DNA from: an uncultured virus (IMG/VR IMGVR_UViG_3300023174_009220)
Taxonomy: Duplodnaviria; Heunggongvirae; Uroviricota; Caudoviricetes
Reading direction: 5' to 3' (one strand)
Virus record (IMG/VR): IMGVR_UViG_3300023174_009220
DNA: 64,000 nt
Positions 11,062 through 22,404 of this stretch are shown piece after piece. The stretch's first letter is position 1, and the number at the start of each line of letters is the position of its first letter. The notes beneath the pieces are model-generated. The model had not been told where the DNA came from and made no database searches. It saw nothing but the letters and a program-made list of their open reading frames with translations. Made by a program: the position numbers and the translations under genes.

Positions 11062-11706
11062 TATTTGATTTATTTTTTGTTGTCTTAAATACTGTCTATC
11101 TGAAATCACTGCTCTATAAGCCAAATAATCACATTGATAAACTGGATAGCTTACGGTGTGTTTATATTCACCTTGATTAAAAGAAATATCATAATTCATA
11201 TTCTGTGATATCCAAACAAAGCTTTGAATTGGTTTATCGGTAAAGTAGACAACTAATTGTTTTGGTGAATCTTTTATAAGTGGTGATTGAAATGCCGATA
11301 TTTCACGACCTAGTAGATTCAACTTAAATGTTTTTGAAAATTGGTCAAAGACACAGTCAATTTCGGATTGTAAATGACCGCTGTATTGTTCTAAAAACTC
11401 AAAAATAAAATTATTTGAAAAAAACATGAAATTGCAATGATTTGGAATCTTAGATATAACATCATCAATTGTGATTTCGAATGTCTTTTCAATCTTTATG
11501 TCGACAGATTTTATTTGCATTTGCGAAAATGACCAGTTGTGGATATTTTCAATTTGCAGGTTAACTAATTTCTGCTGGTATGAATCGGTATCTGTTATTA
11601 AGTGTTTATTGAACTGATGTGATTTTATCACGTCGCCAGAATAAAGAAAAGGTGTTTCTATTAATTGGGATTCTAAAACTCTTTTATGGCTTTGAAAGTC
11701 GTTCAC
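11053..11706 (-). CDS. Hypothetical protein with C-terminal RxxKIxxIL motif
   Basis: 217-aa ORF (GTG start) ending LRQQKINQILP. Confidence 0.65.
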   Translation of the reverse strand: MNDFQSHKRVLESQLIETPFLYSGDVIKSHQFNKHLITDTDSYQQKLVNLQIENIHNWSFSQMQIKSVDIKIEKTFEITIDDVISKIPNHCNFMFFSNNFIFEFLEQYSGHLQSEIDCVFDQFSKTFKLNLLGREISAFQSPLIKDSPKQLVVYFTDKPIQSFVWISQNMNYDISFNQGEYKHTVSYPVYQCDYLAYRAVISDRQYLRQQKINQILP

Positions 11707-11766
11707 GATAAGTGATATAATAAAACTTTATTTTAGTTTGTTATATAAATTAAAAAAAATTATTTT

Positions 11767-12183
11767 ATGATACAAAATGGAACTATTGTGAATGTTCATT
11801 ACATTGGTAAATTCACAGACGGGACAGTTTTTGATTCTTCTGAAGAAAGAGGAACACTAAGATTTAGAGTTGGTGATAGTCAAGTTATCCCAGGATTTGA
11901 AAAAGCCGTAATTGGCAAAGCCGTAGGTGATGTTATTGAAGTTCAAATCTCACCAGAAGAGGGTTATGGTAATGTCAACCCTGAATTGATTGTCAATATT
12001 TCAAAAGATAGATTACCGCAGCAATTAGAAGTTGGTCAGATGCTAGAAGCCAATTTTCAAAATGGCGAATCAACTAGTGTCATGGTCTCTGAAATCGGCA
12101 CAGACTATGCAACTTTAGATGCCAATCATCCGTTAGCTGGAAAAGATTTAATTTTTGAAATTCAGATTGTGTCAATTGGTTAA
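11767..12183 (+). CDS. slyD: FKBP-type peptidyl-prolyl cis-trans isomerase (SlyD/SlpA-like, no His tail)
   Basis: VHYIGKFTDGTVFDSS, VIPGFEKA, PEEGYG, LDANHPLAGKDLIF. Confidence 0.9.
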   Translation: MIQNGTIVNVHYIGKFTDGTVFDSSEERGTLRFRVGDSQVIPGFEKAVIGKAVGDVIEVQISPEEGYGNVNPELIVNISKDRLPQQLEVGQMLEANFQNGESTSVMVSEIGTDYATLDANHPLAGKDLIFEIQIVSIG

Positions 12184-12327
12184 TCAACGACCTTGTCCCC
12201 TATATAGTTTCTTATAATTTCTAGATTTTTTTGAACTAGATGTGTTTTTTTTAGAGTGAATCCCAGGTCTTTTTTTTCGGACTTTACCTTTAGATTTAGA
12301 TGAGGACGTAGTGGTTACCTTTGCCAT
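12184..12327 (-). CDS. 47-aa highly basic protein ending YRGQGR (not in the ORF track)
   Basis: Translated by hand: MAKVTTTSSSKSKGKVRKKRPGIHSKKNTSSSKKSRNYKKLYRGQGR; minus-strand TATATA at ~12348-12353 upstream. Confidence 0.75.
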   Translation of the reverse strand: MAKVTTTSSSKSKGKVRKKRPGIHSKKNTSSSKKSRNYKKLYRGQGR

Positions 12328-12372
12328 TGTGTAATATAATTTTCATTATATATAAAAGATAAAAATAAAAAA

Positions 12373-13083
12373 ATGAAGTCGACATTATCACTGATATTTA
12401 TCATACTTAACACTGTTGTGGTATCTCAAACTAAACTAAAGTTAGACAATAATCTGACAGGTATAGTTTCAAATTCTAAAACTAATTCTTTTGGTCTAAA
12501 TTTTACATCAAACAACGGGGTAGAAATAAAAAAGTTTGGACTTAATTTAACAACTTCTTATTCAAACCGATTCAATACTAAATTATATGAAAATGAATTG
12601 CTGAACAGGACTAATGTTGAATATGACAATATTAAGTGGAATCTATTCCTATCGCACCAATTTAGTTATTCTCTTTTAAGGAAAATAAATTCCGATAATT
12701 TAGTCGGGGCTGGTTTTGGCTTTAAGATAAATAGCATAGATTATTCTAAAATTTCAATTTCGTATGCCCTAATGTATCAAAATACAAATAACCTAATCAA
12801 CGAGGATAAGTATTATTGGAGACATTCGCTTAGAACTAAATTTAAATTTGAAAGAGAAACTTTTAATTTTTCATTTGAATATTTTTATCAACCAAGCATA
12901 ACAAACTTTCAAGATTTTATAATCTTAGGTCAAACTAAATTAAGCCTGTTTTCCAATAAACCATTTTCATTAATTATCCAAGATGTTTTAAATTATAGAA
13001 GCATAAGTGATGTTAAAATGGTTCATAATCTAACAATTGGAGCCGGCTACAAAAAAACTAAAGAAATAAAAAAACCTCACTAA
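12373..13083 (+). CDS. Putative outer-membrane beta-barrel protein (DUF481-like)
   Basis: Signal peptide; alternating aromatic beta-strands; VGAGFG, RHSLRTK, YFYQPS. Confidence 0.6.
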   Translation: MKSTLSLIFIILNTVVVSQTKLKLDNNLTGIVSNSKTNSFGLNFTSNNGVEIKKFGLNLTTSYSNRFNTKLYENELLNRTNVEYDNIKWNLFLSHQFSYSLLRKINSDNLVGAGFGFKINSIDYSKISISYALMYQNTNNLINEDKYYWRHSLRTKFKFERETFNFSFEYFYQPSITNFQDFIILGQTKLSLFSNKPFSLIIQDVLNYRSISDVKMVHNLTIGAGYKKTKEIKKPH

Positions 13084-13094
13084 AAGTGAGGTTT
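13072..13094. terminator. Intrinsic terminator between convergent genes
   Basis: AAACCTCACT-AAA-AGTGAGGTTT inverted repeat. Confidence 0.7.
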
Positions 13095-13097
13095 ATC

Positions 13098-13445
13098 TTA
13101 GTAGGATCTATCAGTTGTGTGGAGAGTTTCAAACCTACCATTTTTTGTCCAGGTTTCATCTACTGAACCTAATTCATGCCAACTATCTTCAAACCTATAA
13201 GCTGAGTTATAATATTCAGTCCAACTCGGGTCCCATAATTTATTAAGCTCAGAAAGGGTTTCTTCATCCAACTCCTCATAGATTTCTTCAAGTTCCCATC
13301 TATTTGATTCGATATAAGATAAAAAGTCTTCTTCAGATTCACCCTCAAACGGAACGGATAGATCTCTAAACTTTTCTGGGTCTAGATTAGCAACTTCTGT
13401 CGATTGGCAACAAGTATATCTTTCACATTTTCTAATTTGATACAT
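13098..13445 (-). CDS. Acidic hypothetical protein
   Basis: 115-aa Glu/Asp-rich ORF. Confidence 0.7.
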   Translation of the reverse strand: MYQIRKCERYTCCQSTEVANLDPEKFRDLSVPFEGESEEDFLSYIESNRWELEEIYEELDEETLSELNKLWDPSWTEYYNSAYRFEDSWHELGSVDETWTKNGRFETLHTTDRSY

Positions 13446-13461
13446 ATTCTGATTCTATTGG

Positions 13462-13662
13462 TTAATCTTCTTCGATTTCAAAATCATACATATCTTCATC
13501 TTGGATTTTATCCCACTCAAGTTCTTGATTTCCTTGATAATCAACCTGTTCGAAAAACTTATCTTCATCCTCTTCGAAAAGTGCTGCTTCTTCATCTGTC
13601 AACTCGGCTGAATACTTACAAATTGTTGTAAAGGATTCAAACCATACTAATTTTTTTGCCAT
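13462..13662 (-). CDS. Small acidic hypothetical protein
   Basis: 66-aa very acidic ORF. Confidence 0.7.
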   Translation of the reverse strand: MAKKLVWFESFTTICKYSAELTDEEAALFEEDEDKFFEQVDYQGNQELEWDKIQDEDMYDFEIEED

Positions 13663-13714
13663 AATTTTAAATATTTGATTGTTATAAAGAATATATGATT
13701 AGGTTATAAAAAGT

Positions 13715-14281
13715 TTACTTTTTTTTAACAAACTTCATTAGATAATCGTGATAAACATCACCTTTGCTAATTTTTAGGAGTTTTGACTGTAGTAGTTTTC
13801 TTCTTAGAGGTGATGCTCTATCAATCCACATAATACCTTCTAAGTGGTCATATTCATGTTGTATTATTCTGGCTTTAAGTCCTGAAAACTCCTCCTGGTG
13901 TAAATTCCAATCCATATCATAATAGGATAAAATAATTTTTGATTTTCTGGTTATCTCCTCTGATATTCTTGGAAGAGATAAACAACCCTCTCTAAAAGTA
14001 AAATCATCACCAAATTCCTGTTCAATAATTGGATTGATAAAAACCTTTCTAAATTCGTCTAATCCAGGCTCGTCAAAGTCTTCAGACAATTTTTTTGAAT
14101 CAACAACGATTATCCTTATGTTTTTTCCTATTTGAGGAGCTGCTAACCCAATACCCTTAGCGGTATCCATAGTCTCAAACATATCTTCAATTAGTTGGCT
14201 AAGATTAGGATATTCTTTGTCTATTTCTTCAGATTCCTTTCTTAAAATTGGTTGACCATAAGCATAAATCGGTAAAATCAT
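13715..14281 (-). CDS. def: Peptide deformylase
   Basis: GIGLAAPQIG, EGCLS and QHEYDH motifs; Bacteroidetes-like MILPIYAYGQPILRK start. Confidence 0.97.
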   Translation of the reverse strand: MILPIYAYGQPILRKESEEIDKEYPNLSQLIEDMFETMDTAKGIGLAAPQIGKNIRIIVVDSKKLSEDFDEPGLDEFRKVFINPIIEQEFGDDFTFREGCLSLPRISEEITRKSKIILSYYDMDWNLHQEEFSGLKARIIQHEYDHLEGIMWIDRASPLRRKLLQSKLLKISKGDVYHDYLMKFVKKK

Positions 14282-14333
14282 ATCAATTATAGAAATATTT
14301 TACAAAGAAGTTATAAAATCCCATAAGCAAATT

Positions 14334-14672
14334 TTACATATTTTGTTCTAGATACTTTATCAAAGAAGAAAACGTGTTAGCCATGTGAACCTTTTTAATC
14401 AAGTAAGCTCCAATGCAAATTGATATAAGAGAATAGAAAGATATCACTAAAGTAGTCGGAAGCAGTATACTAAAAGATAGTCCAACAATAATTGAAGTGA
14501 TAAAGGTGAATAATGCATTTTTAACCTTTAAATCAGTCATTGCTTTTACAATTGTAATTTCACCTATTAGATTTCTTTTATCAAAAACATCCAACGAGCT
14601 AAAATAATCTAACATTGAGACATCTTTTGGTTTTTTTGCTATTAGTAATTCTGTTTTCATATTTGATTTCAT
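14334..14672 (-). CDS. Hypothetical membrane protein
   Basis: Two hydrophobic segments; minus-strand TATATTTG promoter just upstream. Confidence 0.65.
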   Translation of the reverse strand: MKSNMKTELLIAKKPKDVSMLDYFSSLDVFDKRNLIGEITIVKAMTDLKVKNALFTFITSIIVGLSFSILLPTTLVISFYSLISICIGAYLIKKVHMANTFSSLIKYLEQNM

Positions 14673-14738
14673 TTCTACAAATATAATACTTTTTGCAGAA
14701 CTAGCAAATTTTTTTTGAAATTAATTTTAGAAGACCAC

Positions 14739-14933
14739 TTATTTGACTTGACTTTTTATTATTTGACAAGTTTCGTTCTCAAATCCATCAAATAAATTTT
14801 TTCTATCTAATGTGAATCTACTGACTCCTAAAGTCTGAGCCGAGTGATAGTAATAAAGTTTACCTAAATTGACGTAGTGTTCAATTCTACCAGTTAGTTT
14901 CCATCTTACACATATAACAGTTTGACTTCTCAT
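14739..14933 (-). CDS. Hypothetical protein
   Basis: 64-aa ORF in a minus-strand run. Confidence 0.55.
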   Translation of the reverse strand: MRSQTVICVRWKLTGRIEHYVNLGKLYYYHSAQTLGVSRFTLDRKNLFDGFENETCQIIKSQVK

Positions 14934-14944
14934 TTTTAATTTTT

Positions 14945-15718
14945 TTAAGAAAAGTATTTGTAATCATTATCCTCCCATAATTCATCAACATTTAATAGTC
15001 TATGATTGATGCCATAAAGACGGCTATTCCAACTTTTATGAAAATGACCATAAATATGCAATTCGATAGCGTTATTTAACTTTAATATTTCTAAAGCGTC
15101 TGTTAACTGTTGCCTTTCAAAAAGTAAATCAGTTTTTAATTTATCATCACCGGTTTGTCTAACGATATCCTCTACAAAAGACCCAAACCCAAAACTGTTA
15201 TCTGGTTCACAGTAATGTGGCGCGGTGTGTGTAACTAAGATATCGATATTTCTCATATCGGTTAATTTACCAGTATCTAATTGAAAGGCCTCATTTGGCC
15301 ACCAACTTTCAACCCCTAAAACTTCATTATCGAAAATTCCCATTCGTTGTTTTTTAGTCAACCTCCAAGTTCTATCGACACTAACGGCTCCACCGATACA
15401 CAGTATATTCTTACCAGCTAACTCTAACACTTCATAATCAGCGACAAGGTGAATATTACTTAAGCCAAATGGGTCATTATCAAAGTGTGGTTTGTAGTCA
15501 TGATTTCCCCGAATAGCCCAGACGTGAATTTCATTTTTTTTCAAAATTAGATTCAGGCTTTCAAGCATTCTTTGTTCTTTTTCCAATCTCTGAAATCCTA
15601 CTCCAAAATCCCCAACTTGAATTATATGCAAATTCTTTAATTCGTATTTTTTAATATACTGAGATATCACGCTAAAATTTCCGTGAATATCACCCAAGAA
15701 AAGAAGACGCTGTTTCAT
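14945..15718 (-). CDS. Calcineurin-like metallophosphoesterase
   Basis: GDIHG, VGDFG, RGNHD, THTAP, GHFH. Confidence 0.92.
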   Translation of the reverse strand: MKQRLLFLGDIHGNFSVISQYIKKYELKNLHIIQVGDFGVGFQRLEKEQRMLESLNLILKKNEIHVWAIRGNHDYKPHFDNDPFGLSNIHLVADYEVLELAGKNILCIGGAVSVDRTWRLTKKQRMGIFDNEVLGVESWWPNEAFQLDTGKLTDMRNIDILVTHTAPHYCEPDNSFGFGSFVEDIVRQTGDDKLKTDLLFERQQLTDALEILKLNNAIELHIYGHFHKSWNSRLYGINHRLLNVDELWEDNDYKYFS

Positions 15719-15836
15719 TTTACAAATATAAGAAAAAAATTAAAAAAATGTATTATATTATCATGATATTGCATGAATTTTATCTCACTAACCTAAAACG
15801 AATCGTTTTGTAGTAGTAATTTAATATATATGTTAT

Positions 15837-16403
15837 ATGAAAAAAATAAAAAGTTTTAGTGCTTATAATGAAGGGTTTGGAAAAATAACTACCTATTTAG
15901 ATAGTTTAATTAAAAAGGGTGGAAAATTAGCTGCTGATGTTTGGAATGTCGCAAAACGTGAGAGTGAAGAGACAAAAATAGCTATTGGTATCTTAAAAAG
16001 ATTAGTTATCGGAGAGACCGTCAGTGATGCTGAAAAAATATTTTTGAAAGCTCAATCTAAAGATTTAATAAAAATACTACCACTAATTGCTATTCAAGGA
16101 ATTCCTATTCCTGTCCCAATAACCCCATTACTTGTTATTCTTGGAAAAAAATATGGATTTGATTTTCTACCAAAAGATAATAGGTGGATATTAGAACTAA
16201 CAATTGAACTAACAGATGAAATTAAAAATCAACTAGTTGATATTCCAGAGACAGGACCTGGTTTTCATATACTAGATTTAGAATTAAAAGATGGTACAAT
16301 ATTAAAAAATAGAACAATCTTAAATCGAACTAATCTAGTATTAAATTTTGAAAACGAGATTCAAACAGGGGAAATAGAAAATATTTTTGCAATGGTTGAT
16401 TAA
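15837..16403 (+). CDS. Hypothetical protein with CTS-like N-terminus
   Basis: MKKIKSFSAYNE; TAATATATA upstream. Confidence 0.7.
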   Translation: MKKIKSFSAYNEGFGKITTYLDSLIKKGGKLAADVWNVAKRESEETKIAIGILKRLVIGETVSDAEKIFLKAQSKDLIKILPLIAIQGIPIPVPITPLLVILGKKYGFDFLPKDNRWILELTIELTDEIKNQLVDIPETGPGFHILDLELKDGTILKNRTILNRTNLVLNFENEIQTGEIENIFAMVD

Positions 16404-16435
16404 TCTAATTCTATTTTCAAATCTATCTAAGTATT

Positions 16436-17044
16436 CTAAACCGGCTTTTCATCTTTTAAAAAATTAATAACTTTTTCTTTGATTCCACTTTGTTTAATGC
16501 CTTCACTTGATTTTGGTGTTAAAACAAAATTAGTTAAACCATAATTTTTATCTTGATTATCAGAGAAGTATTTTGATAAAAACTCAAGGCTCATATTAAG
16601 GTCATCAATCGCAACCCAATGTGTAACTTCAGGATGATTCTTTAACCAATGTCCAATCTCCATACTTCGTTCTAATTCCAAATCGGCACGAAATCTAAAT
16701 GCGTTCCATTCTTTTGGGAATATCTCATTAAATATGTCAGTCATCGCAATTGGTCTTTTGATAATCCCTTGACTAATATAATAATCTCCAAGTTCTTCTA
16801 AATTTGCATGAAGTCTCCAATCAGAACTCACAACAATCTCACATCCTGTCTCTTCAATAATCTCATTAAGGATTTTAATTGCCTTTTTATCAAAGTCGTC
16901 AAATCGAACAAATACAGGGGCGTCTTTCTTTTCCCTACTACTGTCAGGATTTGCTGAACGGTATTTTGCCCATTTCTTACTTCGTCCACCCCAGTTATTA
17001 GAGAGACAAATTACACCATCATGGTCCAACACTAATATCTTCAT
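16436..17044 (-). CDS. HAD-superfamily protein (Swiss-army-knife RNA-repair-like HAD)
   Basis: LDHDGV, VVSSDWR, WVAIDDL. Confidence 0.85.
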   Translation of the reverse strand: MKILVLDHDGVICLSNNWGGRSKKWAKYRSANPDSSREKKDAPVFVRFDDFDKKAIKILNEIIEETGCEIVVSSDWRLHANLEELGDYYISQGIIKRPIAMTDIFNEIFPKEWNAFRFRADLELERSMEIGHWLKNHPEVTHWVAIDDLNMSLEFLSKYFSDNQDKNYGLTNFVLTPKSSEGIKQSGIKEKVINFLKDEKPV

Positions 17045-17271
17045 TGTTTAAAATTACAATCATCTAACCTAAATCTATCCATCTGGTCACCATTAACTTT
17101 AACCTTTTCAACCCAACTACTCAGAGGTCTTGAATAATAAGTTCCAAAGTGTATAGATTTATAATTTACTAAAACTTCATCAGTTTCGGTGTGTTTGGAC
17201 AAAAAGAGGACTTCGTAAAGTCCCCCTTTGTAATGTCTATACTTTCTACTCGGCTCTGGATAATTCATCAT
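17041..17271 (-). CDS. DUF1653 family protein
   Basis: YRHYKGGLYEV..HTET..V.Y..RP..RF. Confidence 0.85.
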   Translation of the reverse strand: MMNYPEPSRKYRHYKGGLYEVLFLSKHTETDEVLVNYKSIHFGTYYSRPLSSWVEKVKVNGDQMDRFRLDDCNFKQ

Positions 17272-17480
17272 AGTTCAACGTTTTCTTCGATGAAATCCCA
17301 AACCTCATTGTTTAGACTTTCATACATATCACCATCTTCATCATCAGAAAGGTCAACATGACCTTCATCAATTAAAAAATCAAGAACATCTTCAGTTACT
17401 TCCGAGATATCCATACCAATTACATTCGACTCTTTACAATAAGTCAAGATAGTTTCTTTAAGTGTTTCTGTTAGTTTCAT
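17268..17480 (-). CDS. Acidic hypothetical protein
   Basis: 70-aa ORF overlapping the next gene's start. Confidence 0.65.
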   Translation of the reverse strand: MKLTETLKETILTYCKESNVIGMDISEVTEDVLDFLIDEGHVDLSDDEDGDMYESLNNEVWDFIEENVEL

Positions 17481-17494
17481 ATTATTTAATTTAA

Positions 17495-17926
17495 TTATTT
17501 ACTCATTAAGTATTGGACAACTTGTGACCAATTTTTAAATTTTTCATCTTTTCCAAAGTGAATATGTTCTCCTTCAAATTCAGTCTGCCCGTGACGGTGA
17601 TCATCATCAATTAGAAAATCACCTTTAACCAATGATTTATCAGGACAAAGAATCATTTTATTTAACATATCTTCACCAAGATATTTTTTAATCCATTCTG
17701 CTTTTTCGGTATAACAGTGTGTATTTTTGATAGATGGTATAGTTAATATCCAAACATCGTATTTAGTTTGTAGAGTCCTAACTCCTTCAATTGCACCTTC
17801 AATCGGTTCTAAATCTAAAAAGAATCCTACTTTTGAATGTGGATATTTTAATTTGAATTCACCTGTTTTGAATGGTGTGATAAAATCACAAAGGGTGTCA
17901 TCCATATCTACATATACCTTTTTCAT
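17495..17926 (-). CDS. 5'(3')-deoxyribonucleotidase (NT5C, HAD family)
   Basis: VYVDMDDTLCDF ... EKAEWI ... DKSLVKGDFLIDD; start moved to MKKVYV downstream of the TATATTTG promoter. Confidence 0.9.
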   Translation of the reverse strand: MKKVYVDMDDTLCDFITPFKTGEFKLKYPHSKVGFFLDLEPIEGAIEGVRTLQTKYDVWILTIPSIKNTHCYTEKAEWIKKYLGEDMLNKMILCPDKSLVKGDFLIDDDHRHGQTEFEGEHIHFGKDEKFKNWSQVVQYLMSK

Positions 17927-17942
17927 AAGACAAATATACAAA

Positions 17943-18136
17943 TTATTTTAATATTTCATCTAATTTCCCACCTCTTTTGTTAGAAAGCCAATCATAATAT
18001 TCTCCAATTTCTATGACTTCTCCGAATCCATCTCCAAATTTAACCTCAATCATTTTACCAATTAAACAATACGACTTGATAGTTGGTCTGTGAGACCACC
18101 TACCTTGTATAAATTCATTAAGCGAGTCCAATTCCA

Positions 18137-18137
<1 letters not shown>
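17943..18137 (-). CDS. Hypothetical protein with C-terminal RxxKLxxIL motif
   Basis: Ends KRGGKLDEILK; start overlaps the purA stop. Confidence 0.7.
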
Positions 18138-19834
<1,697 letters not shown>

Positions 19835-19842
<8 letters not shown>

Positions 19843-20341
19843 CTAAGAGGGTTTCTAAGTTGTTATCACGCATTATACCAGAGTCTTTCATCAAAGTTTC
19901 CCAAATTTCAGAGAAGTTCTCAGCATTTATTTCTTTAAGCCTTTGTTTAATTACCGGACTAAGTTCAGAAAACATAGATTTATCTAAAAAATTAGACCTT
20001 TTTGAATAGCCATAGTTAAGAGTAAAACCTTCATCCTGCTGAACCGATATTTCAAAATAATAGTCTTCTGAAATTTTATAAGGATTGACTTTGATACCCT
20101 GGTTATTTTTAATTTTAGTCGCGTCATTTGTCGATACTGTGAAGTAATCATCACCGATAGTAATATGAATATTATCTTTATACTTAATTATATTTAGAAT
20201 TAAGTTTTTTACTTTCTGAGAAACCTCCACGTCATAGTCATTATAATTGATATTTTCTCTGGTAGTGATTTGGTTTTTTTCATAATTTCTGACCTGTTCG
20301 TAGAGCATAGTAGCAATTTTTTTTACTTTACTTTTTTTCAT
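19835..20341 (-). CDS. Hypothetical protein with C-terminal RDxxLxxLL motif
   Basis: Ends MRDNNLETLLDD. Confidence 0.7.
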
Positions 20342-20449
20342 ATAACAATTCTATTGTGACTATCTTAATTTGTTTAATCAAGTTAATACCTAGATATCAT
20401 AGGTAATACATATGTATGGTTTATGTTTAATTTTTTAATATATAGTGAT

Positions 20450-21781
20450 ATGACAGTAAGTTTTAATGAATTCTTTGCACAACAGTTAATAGAAAGTATT
20501 ATCAACGATACTTATAGAATTGTTGAATCTCAAGAAATAGAAAACGATGAGAATGTTTATGAGTGGGATTTTGAGCCTAAAAATCCAAACAAAGAAGTAC
20601 AAAGCAGAATTACTGATAAATTAAAAAAACTGGTAAATTATCTACCAAAAGAAAAGTTAAAAAAATATTACACCATTCTGATCAACAAGTTAGAAGGTCT
20701 TCCAACAAAGATCAGAAGATTCTTTATCTTACATTATACAAGTATATTTTTAACAGTTGTATCACTCAGTTTTTTATTATCAGGACAAAGTGAAAGTGAC
20801 CATAAAAACTCCCAATATATAAAACCTAAATTACTCAAGGAGGTTGAAACTTTAACACAAAGGTCAAGTTTTAGAGAAGCTCAAATCGGGGTTAAACAAG
20901 TAGAGTCTGGATATTCAGATGATAGAGGTGATAGTGGAAATTATGTCTATATACCTGGTTATGGAAGGAGATTTGTAGGAACCAATCACGGAATTTCAGC
21001 TCCGGTTTTAGCCGAATATTTAGGAAGGCCACCTAAAAGAGAAGATATGGAAAACCTCGACTATGAAACGGCTCTTTTGATATTCAAAACTCGATTTTGG
21101 GATGCCAATAATTTAGATCAATTGTGTAATCAATCAGTTGCCAATATAATTTACGATGGCTGTGTTAATCAGGGAGTATCAAGGCTTAAAAATATAGTTC
21201 AAAATGCCTGTATAAAATTAGATCAACCGCTACAGGGTGAAACCTTTAGTTCTGAAAATATGAAAAAAATAAACTCGCTAGACCAAAAACAACTTTTCGA
21301 TACAATCAAAAGTGAAAGAGCAGATGCTTATAGAAACGCGGCTACTTGGAAAAGACACGGTAGGGGCTGGATGAAAAGACTAGATTCAATTACTTATCAA
21401 CCACCAATTGGTCAAAGTACACCAGTGTTGGAAAATTATAATTATGATTTAGAATATTTCTTTGATCACTTAAAAGGAGATGGTTTTGAAGTTGGTTATG
21501 AATTGGGTGATTCTGCTTGGGTCAGACTATTTAAACCAACTCAATTTTCTGGACCACGAGGTATTTATTCATACGTTAGCTGTGATACTTTCAAATGGTC
21601 TGATGTATCATCAGAGGTTGACAGATTTATTAATGAAATTGGTCAAGAAGAAATAACCTGGATAAGCGCCGTAGTAAGAAACGGTTATAAACACGACCGT
21701 ATACAAATATCATTTGAGCAAACTGCGGATTTAAACTTTGACCCGGGTCTTTTAATTTCAGTGACAATAGGGTTCAAATAA
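20450..21781 (+). CDS. Multidomain protein with GH108-type lysozyme domain
   Basis: ESGYSDDRGDSGNY..GTNHGIS..IYDGCVNQG..GWMKRL; start placed at MTVSFNEFF just after TAATATATA. Confidence 0.75.
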   Translation: MTVSFNEFFAQQLIESIINDTYRIVESQEIENDENVYEWDFEPKNPNKEVQSRITDKLKKLVNYLPKEKLKKYYTILINKLEGLPTKIRRFFILHYTSIFLTVVSLSFLLSGQSESDHKNSQYIKPKLLKEVETLTQRSSFREAQIGVKQVESGYSDDRGDSGNYVYIPGYGRRFVGTNHGISAPVLAEYLGRPPKREDMENLDYETALLIFKTRFWDANNLDQLCNQSVANIIYDGCVNQGVSRLKNIVQNACIKLDQPLQGETFSSENMKKINSLDQKQLFDTIKSERADAYRNAATWKRHGRGWMKRLDSITYQPPIGQSTPVLENYNYDLEYFFDHLKGDGFEVGYELGDSAWVRLFKPTQFSGPRGIYSYVSCDTFKWSDVSSEVDRFINEIGQEEITWISAVVRNGYKHDRIQISFEQTADLNFDPGLLISVTIGFK

Positions 21782-21822
21782 ACTTTTTATCCACTACTAT
21801 CTATAAATAAATAAAAACTGAC

Positions 21823-22194
21823 ATGGGTTGTAAAAGAATTTTAATCGCCGATCTTTCACAAAATGCAGATTTAAAGCAGGAGATTAAAAATTCAATTAAT
21901 CAAAAGACAAATCGGACATTGATTCACGACCACCACGATGTAACAAAATCCAAAACAATTTCTTTTATTAAACAAGAACTGGAATCACAAAAGATAGACT
22001 ATGCAATAGTTCTAACAAATAAAGTTATGGATATTCAAAAAATTCAAAGCCATACCACAAGAGTAAGACCGTCTCTTTGTTGGAATCTTAAAGTTGCAAA
22101 AGAAATTAAGTGGGATTGTAATTTTATTTTTGTTCCTGTCGAGCAAATAGACAAGTCTGACATTATTGAATTTCTACACGAGATAATCTTTTGA
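21823..22194 (+). CDS. Hypothetical protein
   Basis: 123-aa ORF. Confidence 0.6.
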   Translation: MGCKRILIADLSQNADLKQEIKNSINQKTNRTLIHDHHDVTKSKTISFIKQELESQKIDYAIVLTNKVMDIQKIQSHTTRVRPSLCWNLKVAKEIKWDCNFIFVPVEQIDKSDIIEFLHEIIF

Positions 22195-22208
22195 TTGTTT
22201 CTGACGGT

Positions 22209-22362
22209 CACTTTTTTTAAAAATTTTTTTTACCCGCTCCGCCGTTCTGTTTTTTGATACGCACTTTTTAAAATTTTTTCCCACCAAAATCGACTCTTTT
22301 TAAAATTTTTTTTTCTACGTTTTTTTTTTCAAAAAACCGTGACGCAGTTTAAAATTTTTTTC
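22209..22362. repeat. Four imperfect copies of TTTAAAA(A)TTTTTT in a convergent intergenic gap
   Basis: Copies at ~22216, ~22267, ~22299 and ~22348, each preceded by a short GAC/CAC-containing word. Confidence 0.55.
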
Positions 22363-22404
22363 TGCAGGAATTTCTCGACATCAGATCACAAAAGATTTTT
22401 AGTT

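Noticed and set aside
22209..22362. CRISPR array
   Set aside because: Units are low-complexity, irregularly spaced and not identical; no cas genes in the window
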